NCBI GenBank assembly: GCA_030390025.1
Contig: CM059432.1
Span: forward strand, 64,110,001-64,174,000
DNA: 64,000 nt
Source of the DNA: Squalus acanthias
Taxonomy: Eukaryota
Reading direction: 5' to 3'
Position 1 is the first letter of the stretch. Each line of letters opens with the position of its first letter. The translations under genes and the position numbers were made by a program. Positions 23,400 through 36,475 of the stretch are shown piece after piece. The notes under the pieces are model-generated. The model was not told the origin of the DNA. It worked only from the letters and a program-made list of their open reading frames with translations, and did not search any database.

Positions 23400-26282
23400 C
23401 TGGCCCTATCGCCATATCCCTTGATGCCTTTACTAGTCAGAAAGCTATCGACTTCTGTTTTGAATATACCCAATGACTGAGCCTTCACAGCCCTCTGGGG
23501 TAGAGAATTTCAAAGATTCACCACTTCTCATCTCAGTCCTGAATGGCCTACCCTTTAGCCTGAGGCTGTGGCCCCTGGTTCTAGATTCCCCAGCCAAGGG
23601 AAACATTCTCCCAACATCCACCCTATCAAGCCCTGTAATAATTTTGTATGCTTCAAGAGAATACAGGCCTAGTTTATCTCTTCTCATACGACAGTCCCGC
23701 CATCCCAGGAATCAATCTCGTGAACCTTTGTTGCACTCCCTCTATGGCAAGTATATCCTTCCTTAGGTAAGGAGACCAAAATTGTACACAGTACTCCAGG
23801 TGTGGTCTCATCAAGGCCCTATATAATTGGAGTAAGATTTCTTTACTCCTGTACTCAAATCCTCTTGTAATGAAGGCCAGCATTCCTAATGGCTTGCTGC
23901 ACCTGCACATTCACTTTCAGTGACTCATGTACAAGGACACCCAGGTCCTTTTGAGCATCTGCATTCCCCAATCTTTCACCATTTAGGAAATACTCTGCCT
24001 TTCTGTTTTTCTACCAAAGTGGATAACTTCACATTTATCTACATTATATTCCATCTGCCATGTTCTTGCCCACTCACTGAGCCTATCGAGTTCCCCTTAA
24101 AGCCTCTTCACATCCTCTTCACAACTGACACTGCCACCTAGCTTTGTATCATCAGCAAATTTGGAAATGTTATATTTAGTCCCCTCATCCAATTCATTGA
24201 TATAGATTGTGAATAGCTGGGGCCCAAGCACCGATCCTTGCAGTACCCCACTAGTCACAGCATGCCATCCTTAAAAAGACCCGTTTATCCCTACTCTTGT
24301 TTTCTGTCTGTTAACCAATTCTCAATCCATGCTAGTAAATTACCCTCAATTCCATGTGCCCTAATTTTGTTCACCAACCTCTTGTGTGGGACCTTATCGA
24401 AGGCCTTCTGAAAATCCAAATACACCACATCTACCGGTTCCCCTTTGTCTACTCCACTAGTTACATGCTCAAAGAACTCCAATAGGTTTGTCAAACAGGA
24501 TTTCCCTTTCATAAATCCATGTTGACTCTGCCTAATCTTACTATTAGTTTCTAAGTGCCCAGTTATTGCATCCTTTATAATAGATTCCAGCATTTTCCCA
24601 GCTACTGATGTAAGGCTAACAGGTCTGTAGTTCCGTTTTCTCGCTCCCTCCTTTCTTAAATAGCGGGGTTACATTTGCTATCCTCCAATCTGCAGGAACC
24701 ATTCCAGAATCTATAGAATTTTGGAAGATGACAACCAATGCGTCCATTATCCCAATGGCCACCTCTTTCAAAACCCTAGGATGTAGGTCATCTGGTCCTT
24801 GGCATTTATCGACTTTTAGTCCCATTAATTTTGCTAGTACTGTTTCTGTAATAATCTTTAAGTTCCTCATTCTCGTCACACCCTTGGTTTTCTCATATTT
24901 CTGGGAGGTTTTTTGTGTCTTCCTCCGTGAAGACAGAAACAAAGTATTTATTTAATTTCTCTGCCATTTCCTCATTCCCCGTTATAAATTCTCCCGTCTC
25001 TAACTGTAAAGGACCTACATTTACCTTCGCCAGTCTTTTCCTTTTCACAGACCTATAGAAGCTTTTACAATCTGTTTTTATATTTTTCGCCAGTTTGTGC
25101 TCATAATCCATTTTCCCTTTCTTTATCAATTTCTTGGTTCCCCCTTTGCTGATTTCTAAAAAGATCCCAATCGTCAGGCTGACCGCTTTTTCTGGCAACT
25201 TTATAAGCTTCCTCCTTTGACTTAATACTAGCTTTAATTTCTTTTGTTAGCCATGGTTGGATCATTTTTCCTTTTGGGTTTTTATGCCCTAGAGGAATAT
25301 ATGTTTGTTGCAAATTATGCATTATTTCCTTGAATGTTAGCCATTGTATGTCCACCTTCATACCTTTTAGTGTAGTCTCCCAATCTACCATGGCCAACTT
25401 GTCCCTCATACCCTTGTAGTTTCCTTTGTTTAGATTGAAGACCTTAGTTTCAGATTGGACTACATCACTCTCAAACTTAATGTAAAATTCAATCATATTA
25501 TGGTCACTTGTCCCTAAAGGCCTCTTTACCACAAGATTATTGATTAGCCCTTTCTCATTACACAGTACCAGATTCAGAATAACCTTTTCCCTGGTTGGTT
25601 CCTCCACATACTGATCCAGGAAAACATCTCGCATGCATTCCAAGAATTCGTCCTCCACACCATTAGTGGTTATTTGATTTGCCCAGTCAATATGTAGATT
25701 AAAGTCCCCCATGATTACCGTATTGCCCTTGTTACATGCACTTCTAATTTCATGATTGGTACTGTGCCCTACATTACCACTCCTGTTTGGTGGCCTATAC
25801 ACAACTCCCACCAATGTTTTCCTCTCTTTGCTGTTTCTTAGCTCCACCCAAATTGATTCCAGTTCGACATCACGATCTGCCAAGCCAAGATCTTTTATCT
25901 CTACCGTACCGATCTCATCCCTTATTAACAGCGCTACGCCACCTCCTTTTCCTTTCTGTCTGTCCTTCCTAAATGTTGAGTACCCTGGAACATTCAGTTC
26001 CCAGCTTTGGTTACCCTGCAACCATGTCTCTGTAATGGCAATTACATCATACCCATTTACTTCTATTAGTGCCATTAATTCATCCACCTTGTTGCGAATG
26101 CTACGTGCATTTAGATAAAGTGCCTTCAACTTTGCCTGTTTAATATTTTTCTGCACTTTGACCCTCTTTACTGTTGGCCTTTGTTTCTGCTCCCTACTAG
26201 TTTTGCTGACTACTTTTCTAACTTGCACTTCCAGCTTTGTTTCTCTCCATTCTGGGCCCACAGGTTCCCAGCCCCCTGACAA
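23400..26282 (-). pseudogene. CR1 ORF2 (APE + RT), frameshifted
   Basis: LNARSIRNK, ITETWL, GDFN, SDHN, QHGFMKGKSCLTNLLEFF, HLEYCVQFWSP. Confidence 0.92.
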
Positions 26283-26283
26283 A

Positions 26284-27234
26284 CTAGTTTAAATCCTTCC
26301 CAACAGCACTAGTAAATCCCCCTGCGAGGATATTGGTCCCGGTTCTGCCGAGGTGTAATCCGTCTAGCTTGTACAGGTCCCACCTTCCCCAGAATCGGTC
26401 CCAATGCTTCAGGAATTTAAATCCCTCCCTCCTACACCATCTCTCCAGCCATGCATTCATCTGGTCTATTCTCCTATTTCTGCTCTCGCTAGCATGTGGC
26501 ACTGGGAGCAATCCTGAGATTACTACTTTTGAGGTCCTGCGTTTTAATTTATTTCTTAGCTCCCTATATTCTGCTTGCAGGACCTCGTCCCTCTTTCTAC
26601 CTATGTCGTTGGTACCGATATGGACCACGACCTCTGGCTGTTCACCCTCCCCCTTCAGAATGTCCTGCAGCCACTCAGTGACATCGTTGACACAGCCACC
26701 AGGGAGGCAACATTCCATCCTGGAGTCACGTCTGCGGCCACAGAAACGTCTATCTGTTCCCCTTATGATAGAATCCCCTATCACTATTGCTCTCCCACTC
26801 TTTTTCCTCCCCTCCTGTGCAGCTGAGCCACTCGTAGTGCCACGGACTTGGCTCTTGCTGCATTCCCCTGAGAAACCATCTCCCCCAGCAGTATCCAAAA
26901 CAGAAAATCTGTTGGAGAGGGAGATGGACCCGGGGACTCCTGCACTACCTTCCTAGTTATTTTACTCTGTCTGGCAGTCACCCATTCACTTTCTGCCTGT
27001 GTACTCTTTACCTGTGGTGTGACCCACCTCATTAAACGTGCTATCCACGTAGATCTCAGCCTTGCGGATGCTCCACAGTGACTCCAGCCGCAGCTCCAGA
27101 TCCGAAACGCGGATTTCGAGTCGTTGCAGCTGGAGATACTTCCTGTACACGTGTTCGCCCTGGACACCAAAAGTGTCCCTGACTTCCCACATAGCACAGG
27201 AGGAGCACTCCACGCTGCCGAGCTGCCCTGCCAT
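26284..27234 (-). pseudogene. CR1 ORF1 with SGNH esterase (frameshifted)
   Basis: GDS, GxND and DGLH esterase blocks present. Confidence 0.9.
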
Positions 27235-28516
27235 GTCCTACCCTTAATTTACTCCCTTTACTTCCTCTAAATTAAAGAATATTAAATACACTAGGGACCT
27301 TACTTCACTTTACACACTACTTACTCTAAACTGGAGACCTTACTTTTACTTTAACGACTGGACTATAGAAATACTCACCAGGTCCTACTTACCAATCAGC
27401 TCCTTCCCTGGTTGTGACATCACTTTAGCAGTTTTGCAGTTGTTGTTGTTGTTTGACTGCTCCCGCTCACAGTCTCTTTCCTTGGTGTAAGGTAAGAACC
27501 AATTCCTACAGGGTGAAAAGTTAGGAAAAGCAAAGCCGAAGCAAGGGACCCCCTCCTTCCACTCCTCACCCAACTCCCTCACTCACCCAACTCCCAGCAC
27601 TCAGTGCAAATCGCACTGCGAAGCCTGTTTTTATAGGCCCTGAAACAAAGGAGGTGGCTGAGCCCTGCTACAGGAAAACCAGTTTAATCTAGTTTCCCTA
27701 ATTAACTGCCTTCAGCTGCTCTGAATTGTAGGCCTTGTAGATCCTTATATATCCCTGTTAAGGCTGTGAAATTTAGATTTTAAACAGTAACAGTAAATGT
27801 GAAACAAAGAAAAGTTTGATTCTTTCACAGTACATCCTAAATTATTATCACCCATACTGTGTTGTAGAAGCTGTACTAAAACCCCGGATTATAATCACCC
27901 ATATTCTCTGAAAGCCCATGACTAAGGGCCAGACTCAAACACAATGCGACCAGAAGCTCTAATAGCAAAACCTGTAAAGACACCACCTGAAGTGGAAATA
28001 AAGGAGAGTTTTAAATCATATTTCAATTGCACCTGGGTTTTTCCAACAAGTCATTATTCAAAAAGAGAGGTTGCCTCCATATCGAGGGGGCAATTACTCT
28101 GTCACTCTTTGTTTCTCAATGAAAAGCTTCTCAGTTTCAGTTGTTCTGTCAAACTAATACTGAGTTGGGCATTCTCAAGAACAGAAGAAGTAACCAGCCT
28201 GTGACCAGTGAATGGCCTTCCCTATTATTTATTTTTTCTCCTCTTTGTTGTGGGAGGGAACTGCTGGGAGTTGAACACTTAGATTTGCTATTTATAACCT
28301 AAAAGTGATTTAGTCTACTCAACTACATGGATAAATAACAGTCATTAGTTTCTGACTTGAAATCCTTTTTCCTTTTTTTCTCATTTATCTGCTAATTGAT
28401 GCCTCTGGACCAATTAGCAGTTACTTTGGAAAAGGCATCAGTAGATTTGACAGCTTCCGAATGTTAATGTTTTGAACAGTTCCATTTCTCAATTTTTTAA
28501 AAATTTACCTTTTTGT

Positions 28517-28584
28517 AAACTATTGCACATTTTTGCATCTCCTTGTATGTGAAAACTATTGCACATTTTTGCATCTCCTTGTAT
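28517..28584. repeat. Tandem duplication, 36-bp period
   Basis: AAACTATTGCACATTTTTGCATCTCCTTGTAT twice. Confidence 0.9.
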
Positions 28585-28587
28585 TGT

Positions 28588-28782
28588 TCATAGAATCATG
28601 GAATTATAGATATTACAACACAGAAGGAGGCCTTTCGACCCATTGTGCCTGTGCTGGCTCTTTGAAAGAGCAGTTGTGCTTCATCCCACATCCCCGCTTT
28701 TTGTCCATAACCCTGTAAGTTCCTCATCCTCAAGTACCTGTCAACACCCTTTTAAAATTATTTATGGAATCAGCTTCCACCA
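28588..28782 (-). mobile_element. CR1 3' tail fragment
   Basis: CATAGAATCAT..ACAGAAGGAGGCCTTTCGACCCAT CR1 3' UTR hairpin motif. Confidence 0.75.
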
Positions 28783-28784
28783 AC

Positions 28785-31160
28785 TGCCAGTCTGGGCCTG
28801 CGACAGGTGGTGAGAGAACCAACACGAGGGAAAAACCTACTTGATCTCGTCCTCACCAATCTACCTGTCGCAGATGCATCTGTCTATGACAGTATTGGTA
28901 GCAGTGACCACTGCACAGTCATTGTGGAGACGAAGTCCCGTCTTCACGCTGAGGACACCCTCCATCGTGTTGTGTGACACTACCACCGTGCTAAATGGGA
29001 TAGATTCAGAACAGATCTAGCAGCTCAAAACTGGGCATCCATGAGGCACTGTGGGCCATCAGCAGCAGCAGAATTGTATTCCACCACAATCTGTAACCAC
29101 ATGGCCCAGCATATCCCTCACTCTACCATTACCATCAAGTCAGGGGACCAACCCTGGTTCGATAAGGAGTGTAGAAGAGCATGCCAGGAGCAGCACCAGG
29201 TGTACTTAAAAATGAGGTGCCAACCTGGGGAAGCTGCAACACAGGACTACATGCATGCTAAAAAGTGGAAGCAGCATGCTATAGACAAGGCTAAGCGATC
29301 CCACAATCAACGGATCAGATCAAAGCTCTGCAGTCCTCCCACATCCAGTCGTGAATGGTGGTGCACCATTAATCAACTAACGGGAGGAGGAGGCTCCATG
29401 AATATCCCCATCCTCAATGATGGTGGAGCCCAGCACATGAGTGCAAAAGTCAAGGCTGAAGCATTTGCAACCATTTTCAGCCAGAAGTGCCGAGTGGATG
29501 ACCCATATCGGCCTACTCCTGAGGTCTCCACCATCACAGAAGCCAGTCTTCAGCCAATTCGATTCACTCCATGTGATATTAAGAAACGGCTGAGCACACT
29601 GGATACAGCAAAGGCTATGGGCCCCGACAACATCCCGGCTATCACGCTGAAGAGATATGCTCCAAAACTAGCCGTGCCTCTAGCCAAGGTGTTCCAGTAC
29701 AACTACAACACTGGCATCTATCCGACAATGTGGAAAACTGTCCAGGTATGTCCTGTCCACAAAAAGCAGGACAAATCCAAACTGGCCAATTACCGCCCCA
29801 TCAGTCTACTCTCAATCAGCAGCAAAGTGATGGAAGATGTCATCAACTGTGCTATCAAGCGGCACTTACTCATCAATAACCTGCTCACTGTTGCCCAGTT
29901 TGGGTTCCGCCAAGACCACTCGGCTCCCGACCTCATTACAGCCTTGGTCCAAACACGGACAAAGGAGCTGAATTCCAGAGGTGAGGTGAGAGTGACTGCC
30001 CTTGACATCAAGGCAGCATTTGACCGAGTGTGGCATCAAGGAGCCCTAGTAAAACTGAAGTCAATGGTAATCGGGGGGGAAAACTCTCCACTGGCTGGAG
30101 TCATCCCTAGCACGAAGGAAGATGGTTGTGGTGGTTGAAGGTCAATCATCACAGCCCCAGGACACATCGCTGCAGGAGTTCCTCAGGGCAGTGTCCTAGG
30201 CCCAACCATCTTCAGCTGCTTCATCAATGACCTTCCCTCCAACATAAGGTCAGAAATGGGGATGTTCGCTGATGACTGCACAGTGTTCAGCGCCAATCAC
30301 AACTCCTCAGATAATGAAGCAGTCCATGCCCGCATGCAACAAGACCTGGACGACGTTTAGGCTTGGGCTGATAAGTGGCAGGTAACATTCGCGCCACAGA
30401 AGTGCCAGGCAATAACTCTCTCCAACAAGCGAGAGTCTAACCACTGCCCCTTGACATTCAACGGCATTATCATCGCCGAATCCCCCACCATCAACATCCT
30501 GGGGGTCACCATTGACCAGAAACTTAACTGGACCAGCCACATAAATACTGTGGCAACAAGAGCAGGTCAGAGGCTAGGTATTCTGCGACGTGTGTCTCAC
30601 CTCCTGACTCCCCAAAGCCTTTCCACCATCTATAAGGCACAAGTAAGGAGTGTGATGGAATACTCTCCACTTGCCTGGATGAGTGCAGCTCCAACCACAC
30701 TCAAGAAGCCCGACACCATCCAGGACAAAGCAGCCCGCTTGATTGGCACCCCATCCACCACCTTAAACATTCACTCTCTCCACCACCGGCATACCGTGGC
30801 TGCAGTGTGTACCATCTAGAAGATGCACTGCAGCAACTCGCCAAGGCTTCTTCGGTAGCACCTCCCAAACCCGCGACCTCTTCCACCTAGAAGGAGAAGG
30901 GCAGCAGGCGCATGGGAACACCATCACCCGCAAGTTCTCCTCCAAGTCACACACCATCCTGACTTGGAAGTATATCACCATTCATTCATTGTCGCTGGGT
31001 CAAAATCCTGGAACGCCCTCCCTAACAGCACTGTGGGAGTACCTTCACCACACGGACTGCAGCGGTTCAAGAAGGCGGCTCACCACCATCTTCTCAAGGG
31101 CAATAAATTCTGGACTTGCCAGTGACGTCCACATCCCATAAAAACAAATTTAAAAAAACT
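28785..31160 (+). mobile_element. 5'-truncated LINE (CR1/L2 group) of the tRNA-headed family
   Basis: LLDLVLTN..SDH, KAMGPDNIP, NYRPISLLS, QFGFR, LDIKAAFDRVWH, GVPQGSVLGP, FADD; 3' end matches 58920-59510. Confidence 0.9.
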
Positions 31161-31164
31161 TTTC

Positions 31165-31352
31165 ATGTCGAGCGTTTCAGATCCCGACAACTCTGAGTAA
31201 ACAGATTTCTCCTCATCCCTGCTCTAGAGCTTTTTCTAATGATTTTGAATCTATGACCTCTAGTTATTGACTCACTTACCAGAAGGAATAGTTTTTCCCA
31301 AGTTGCTCTGTCAAAAACTCTCATCATCTTGAAAACCTCTATTAGGTCACCG
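31165..31352 (-). mobile_element. Old CR1 C-terminal fragment
   Basis: GDLIEVFKMM...TRGHRFKI...RRNLFTQ. Confidence 0.75.
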
Positions 31353-31379
31353 GCAGCTTTCCAGCGTTCTCCAATTTCT

Positions 31380-33561
31380 AGGCCCATAGGCTTTGAATGA
31401 GAGTAAGGGTATAAAAAGGGGGTCCCGACAGCCACAAAGTGTAGAAGATTTCAGAAAGGTTAGAAGAATCCAGGGGGCACCCGAGAGACAGATGAGGGAC
31501 GAGAGACAAGAAACACAGGGTGCAGCCTACTCACAGTCGCGTTGAAGGGATAATTACAAGTCCAAGCCCTTTCGGACTACCCCAGATCAGGCGTATTCCC
31601 CAGACGTTTACCCTCAACTAAAGTTAGCGGTAGCCGGATCCCATAAGACGCTTAATTGGGTCTAAAGGTCAGACTACCTCTCCCTAAAGGAAAGAAACGG
31701 TCTAAAGATGTTACCGTCCTCCAGATAGTACTTTTAATAAGTTTAACTAGACTGTAACCTTCCGGATATTATAAGGGTCCGGAATACCCCCCAGAATTCT
31801 GCAACTCCTTTGAGTGTACAGAATTTGAGTTCGCAAGATGATACAGAAATGCTCTTTGAGACTATTCTAAAAATATATAGATTTATTACCCAACCGACAT
31901 TCAGTTTAACATTATGGCAATCGCAACTTTAATCGTTCAAAATACAAATAGCTTACATTCTTATTCTCAGAGATCCTTATTCTCAAATCTTAACTTCGTT
32001 ACATTTCCACATTTCTACTTATTTCTTAATCCAGAATATCCACCAAAATCAAATAAAAGTACCTTGATCACCCAAGACTCAAAAGTTAAAAACTTACAGA
32101 GAATGCCTGTTAAGTTGAGAAACGCTTGCCTTCCCAGCGACTTCTGACTTTTCTGTCTGAAAAGCTCTATTTTTATATCTTTTTTGGGTGGCTTATCCTT
32201 TGAAGTTTTCGTGTTTGTGTAAGCTTAATTGTATTAAGTCATTCTTTGCTGACTTTGTTCTATTCTTTATTGACATTTCAGCTGTCAGTTTTTAGACTTG
32301 TGTCCTGTTTAGGTGTTTCCAAAACCATCATAAACACAATGACAGCAATGGTTTCTGTTTGATGCAATTCTTAGGAAGTCTTTCTATTGAATTTCTAATA
32401 CTACTTTAACTGGTCTTTTTCAGACGTTGTGACTCCGTGATATTCCAAGTTCAATACAAGAACAATGTGATTGCTTGGTGTATCCATTGAAGTAATATTT
32501 TCAAAGTCGTCTTGTTTGTGTACTTTTTACAACTTGTAAATTAAAAACACTTCTCTAGTATCTTCATGCATTTCTAATTTACTTCAATCGGTTTTTATCA
32601 GACCTTGGGACTCCATCTTTCAAGCTTAACATTAAAACTATTTGTTCAGCAGGCATTTCTTTTACTTGTCATATCTTCAAAGCCTTCTGTAGGTATCATA
32701 TTTACAATTTGTAAATTGAAAACACTTCTCTCAGTGTTTACTTGTTTTCTAGCTAGCTCAATTGGTTGCATATTTAATCGTGTTTCCTGTTTCTAAGTTT
32801 AACATAAACTATTTTACGACAGGTATTTCTTACTTGATGTCATTCTTTCAAAGGCACTTAGTTTTTTAATGTTCTGTGCACCTGTTCGACGTGTTAGATT
32901 ATAACACTTTACTTGGGTCATTCCATTGTTTTGATTCCAATGTTCAGACGCTCTGGAAACAAACCTTTGCTTTATCAATAGGGCTTGTTTCTTGGTCAAT
33001 AACCCATTCCCATTTCAAAGCCTGTGTTCACAGCTTTGTGTTAACAACTGATCTTATCTCATAAGCCTGTATTCTGTTTGCAGCCTGTGTCGCCGAGGCT
33101 TTCAGACTTTTAAACCCAGTACAGGAAACTCTTTATTAACCGGCACCGACGGGACCGGCGTGGTGCCGGTTAATCAAAAAGTCCGGATAACGGAGAGTTA
33201 TATCTCCCAACGTACAAGAGCCCCGTACACATTGACATGCGCCTGCATTCGGAGCTCCGTCTCCCCGGGGATTGCCAGCTGATCATCTGTCGTGTCCGCT
33301 GCCTACCCGGGCTGCACATTCCCCTCCCAATCTACACACTCCGATACAAGGCAAACGCCTAGGGGTTTTTTTTAAAGTTAATTTTAAACGAGAGATGAAG
33401 GAAAACCCCAGTTACCTACTCAAGAATTTTGCCGGTTAAGAGAGATTTCCGGATATTTGGGTGCCGGTTAATAAAGAGTTTCCTGTATGTCATTTATTAA
33501 TAATTTCAGAAATCTGTTCCTAGTATCGTGTATTTTTCTGAATCCTGGCTATTCCTTCACA
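31380..33561 (-). mobile_element. Long LTR-like segment (~31709-33561) plus leader-like sequence
   Basis: Minus strand TG...CA ends, imperfect ~175-bp U3-like repeats (32530-32860), GATATAAAAA (~32175), AATAAA (~31885), donor-like GTGAGT downstream; no clear PBS or TSD. Confidence 0.4.
33122..33485. mobile_element. Tc1/mariner (Tigger/pogo-like) MITE
   Basis: Perfect 26-bp TIR CAGGAAACTCTTTATTAACCGGCACC; TA TSD on both sides. Confidence 0.92.
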
Positions 33562-34230
33562 GCGTTTCTACCCCCAGAGTATGACGGGGTAATATAAGTC
33601 TCAATTATACTCTGTAAACTGCTGCTCGAGCACTGTAATGTATTGTCTTGCTGGTGCTGAATAAAGTTAAATCACTGTCACCAATACAGGTCAACCTCGA
33701 ATCTTTCGAACCAGGGTCCCTCTGGGATCTTACAAATTGGTGAGCCTAAGCTGGGAGGTTGATTGACAGTTGATTCTTTTATGAACTATTCAGTGCAAAT
33801 AAGATCCTAGCACTGGCATGGTTAGCGCGACCTAGCCAGTTAAGGAAGGGAACCTTCGGGGTGTGTCGGACACTGCGACCTACCAGTAGTAATAGCAATG
33901 AGTTAGTAGAAATAGCGGGCTTGACAGAAGTTGAGCATGTCCAGGGATGAAGATTTCGGAAATTTATGTGTAACTGATTTAGTATCATTTCTGACAAGTC
34001 CGGAAGGCGATTCATATCAGAAGGAGATAGAGTGGGTCCAGTGCCACATGTCTCTGGGAAAGGTCAAATTAGACAAAGTGAAGCGTTGTTAGGCTATGCA
34101 GCCCGTTTCTGTGTGCAGCGCGGTGAAGTAAGAGAAGAGAAACATTTCGAAACTCAGAGAATAAGAGTAGAGAAACATTTAGAAGCACAGAAAATAAGAG
34201 AAGGGGAACATTTGGAAGCAAGGAGGGAGG
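33562..34230 (+). mobile_element. LTR 3' part, PBS-like site and decayed gag-like start of an LTR retroelement
   Basis: TATAA (~33593), AATAAA (33660), ..TTACA end (33733), then TGGTGAGCC (partial tRNA-Arg-like PBS); 33-bp charged repeats REEKHFETQRI/RVEKHLEAQKI. Confidence 0.4.
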
Positions 34231-34244
34231 TGTACAGCAGGATG

Positions 34245-34418
34245 GTGCACAGGAGGAAGCTGCACAGGAGGGAGCTGCACAGGAGGGAGCTGCACAGGAG
34301 GGAGCTGCACAGGAGGGAGCTGCACAGGAGGCAGGTGCTCAGGAGGGAGGTGCTCAGGAGGGAGCTGCACAGGAGGGAGCTGCACAGGAGGGAGGTGCTC
34401 AGGAGGGAGGTGCTCAGG
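34245..34418. repeat. 15-bp minisatellite AGGAGGGAG(C/G)TGC(A/T)C, ~11 copies
   Basis: Direct reading. Confidence 0.95.
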
Positions 34419-34439
34419 TGAGAGGTGCACAAGAGGGAG

Positions 34440-35930
34440 GCTGAGGTCGCAGGAAGCACTTATACTTCCTATTGCTTCTACGTGGTACATCCCTTGTGGC
34501 TTCAGCAGAAGTAGAGGCAGGCTGCTCAGATCCCTGCCCTGACTGCTGAGATGCTATTGGCCGACTCGCTCTGTGTTTTGGAGCTCCTGAGAGCCCTGCC
34601 AAAGACTGCTCCACCTGCAACTGTGCAGGGGCAGACTAGGCCGTTGGGACACGAGGCAGCTTGTCGGGTATTGACTGGGTGGGGGGGGGTGGGGGGGGGG
34701 GCAACGTGTGAGAAGTGGAAGCGCTTTGAGCGGAGTCCCCACTTCCATGTCCCATTTCGCCTTTATCCCTCTTCTGGGCTAGTGCCACATCACTCCTACC
34801 ACTTCGCTGCAGACCAGCTTGGCGGAGATCGGTAATGTCTTGTAAGGCCAAGGATATGGTATCTGTCATCTTGTTTAAGGTGGCAGACAAGTTGGCATCC
34901 AAAGTCTGCATGGCCGTGGTAATGGTCTACATGGACTCATTTGGGATTCGTGCTTGAAGCTCCATGGAGGCGACCACTCTCTCTGTGGCAGACATTCTCG
35001 TAATTCCCTGCGCCACCAATCCAGTAACGATCGAGTTGGACTCCTCCATCCTCTCCGCTATTGTGAAGAGTGTGTGTGGCACGTCTGTCAGTACCTGGCT
35101 AAGTTCCTGATGTACCTCTAGCATTCTCCTTCTCAACGATAGCCCCCGGGGTTCAGCATCTGTGTCCAGCTGAGCAAAGCTTGGAGAGGGTTGTGTCCCC
35201 TGACGCGGAGTCTCCACAGCTGTCCCTGCCACCAGTGTCTGCTCATGCTTACTTGTGAGGTGTGAATTGCCAGGTGAAAACCCAACTGTCTAAGTGGACC
35301 CAATGAAGAGCAAGTATCTGCACTGCTGCATGGCTATATGTCCTGTGACGGTGCACTCTCAGAAGGAATGAGATCCTCTGATGAATTGTCCTCATGGATG
35401 TCCTGCGACACTTACGTGAAGGCCCTGGAAGACAAAAGAAAAGGATATGATTTATTTGTGTTTAGGTGATTAAACTGCTTCCTACATTACATCCATGACC
35501 TGGGAACAACGCTTCTACAGCTCACCTCCCCAGCTACCTCCCAGCATGACTTATTGGTGTGAGCAGCAGGTTTCTTGCTCCCATTGCTGGGGAAAAATAT
35601 GTCCCACGTTCTTCTCCTGACTGCACCCAGCAGTAATTCCAGCGAGGTGTCATTAAACCTGGGTGTTGCCCTTGCTCTAAGTCCACCATCCAACCTGAAC
35701 ACCCCCAATTTCCATTTGTGCACTGTTCCTTTAAATTCCGCTGAGATTGGGTCATGTGGGTATGCATCACACCTGCTGTGCAGCTTGGAAATGCGGAACT
35801 CGGAAGTCAAAATTAATTAGTACAATTCAGTGTAGATCACAGGTTCCGACCCGCTCAGTTGACTTCTGGGTTTCCCCAACGCAATTTCATTCCCTTGCTC
35901 GGAAGCCACCTTCATATTAATATCAAGGCC
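34440..35930 (-). pseudogene. Harbinger Myb/SANT-like partner gene (spliced, decayed) with transposon end at ~35930
   Basis: RARATPRFNDTSLELLLGAVRRR..IFFP....W.EVAGEVS..SVVPRSW SANT-like domain; acceptor TTTTCTTTTGTCTTCCAG at ~35425; coiled-coil exon; TIR-like GGCCTTGATATTAA next to TAA. Confidence 0.8.
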
Positions 35931-36029
35931 TAAATGTTTGAAAATTGAGTCTTTTAGTTTGTGTTGTTTGCATGTCCTTGAGTATTTTCCTCTCATTACA
36001 TTTTAGGTACTTTGTGAATGTATTTCTGC

Positions 36030-36475
36030 GATGGGGGGATTGAGTAGACTAGGCCTATATTCCCTAGAGTTTAGAAGAATGAGAGGTGATCTCATTGAAA
36101 CATACAAAATTCTTACAGGGTTTGACAGGGTAGATGCAGGGAGGATGTTTCCCCTGGCTGGGGAGTCTAGAACCAGGGGTCACAGTCTCAGAATAAGGTG
36201 TCGACCATTTAGGACAGAGATGAGGAGAAATTTCTTCACTCAGAGGGTGGTGTATCTTTGGAATTCTCTACTCCAGAGCGCTGTGGAGGCTCAGTCGTTG
36301 AGTATATTCAAGAAAGAGATCGATAGATTTTTGAATATTAAGGGAATCAAGGGATTTGGGGATAGTGTACGAAAGTGGAGATGAGGTAGAAGATCAGCCA
36401 TGATCTTATTGAATGGCGGAGCAGGCTCGAAGGGCCAAATGGCCTACTCCTGCTCTTATTTCTTACGTTCTTATG
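36030..36475 (+). mobile_element. CR1 3' fragment
   Basis: LGLYSLEFRRMRGDLIETYK...; tail TTCTTACGTTCTTATG. Confidence 0.92.

Larger units (their letters stand above)
23295..27610 (-). mobile_element. Near-full-length CR1 LINE, second family, (TTCTTATG)n tail
   Basis: ORF1 26284-27234 (CSSC, IGDSIIRG, HIGTND, DGLHL); ORF2 APE 25101-26282 and RT fragments to ~23400. Confidence 0.95.

Noticed and set aside
31163..31435. MG-starting gag ORF downstream of the long LTR-like block
   Set aside because: Runs into CR1 sequence after ~12 codons and lacks a myristoylation consensus
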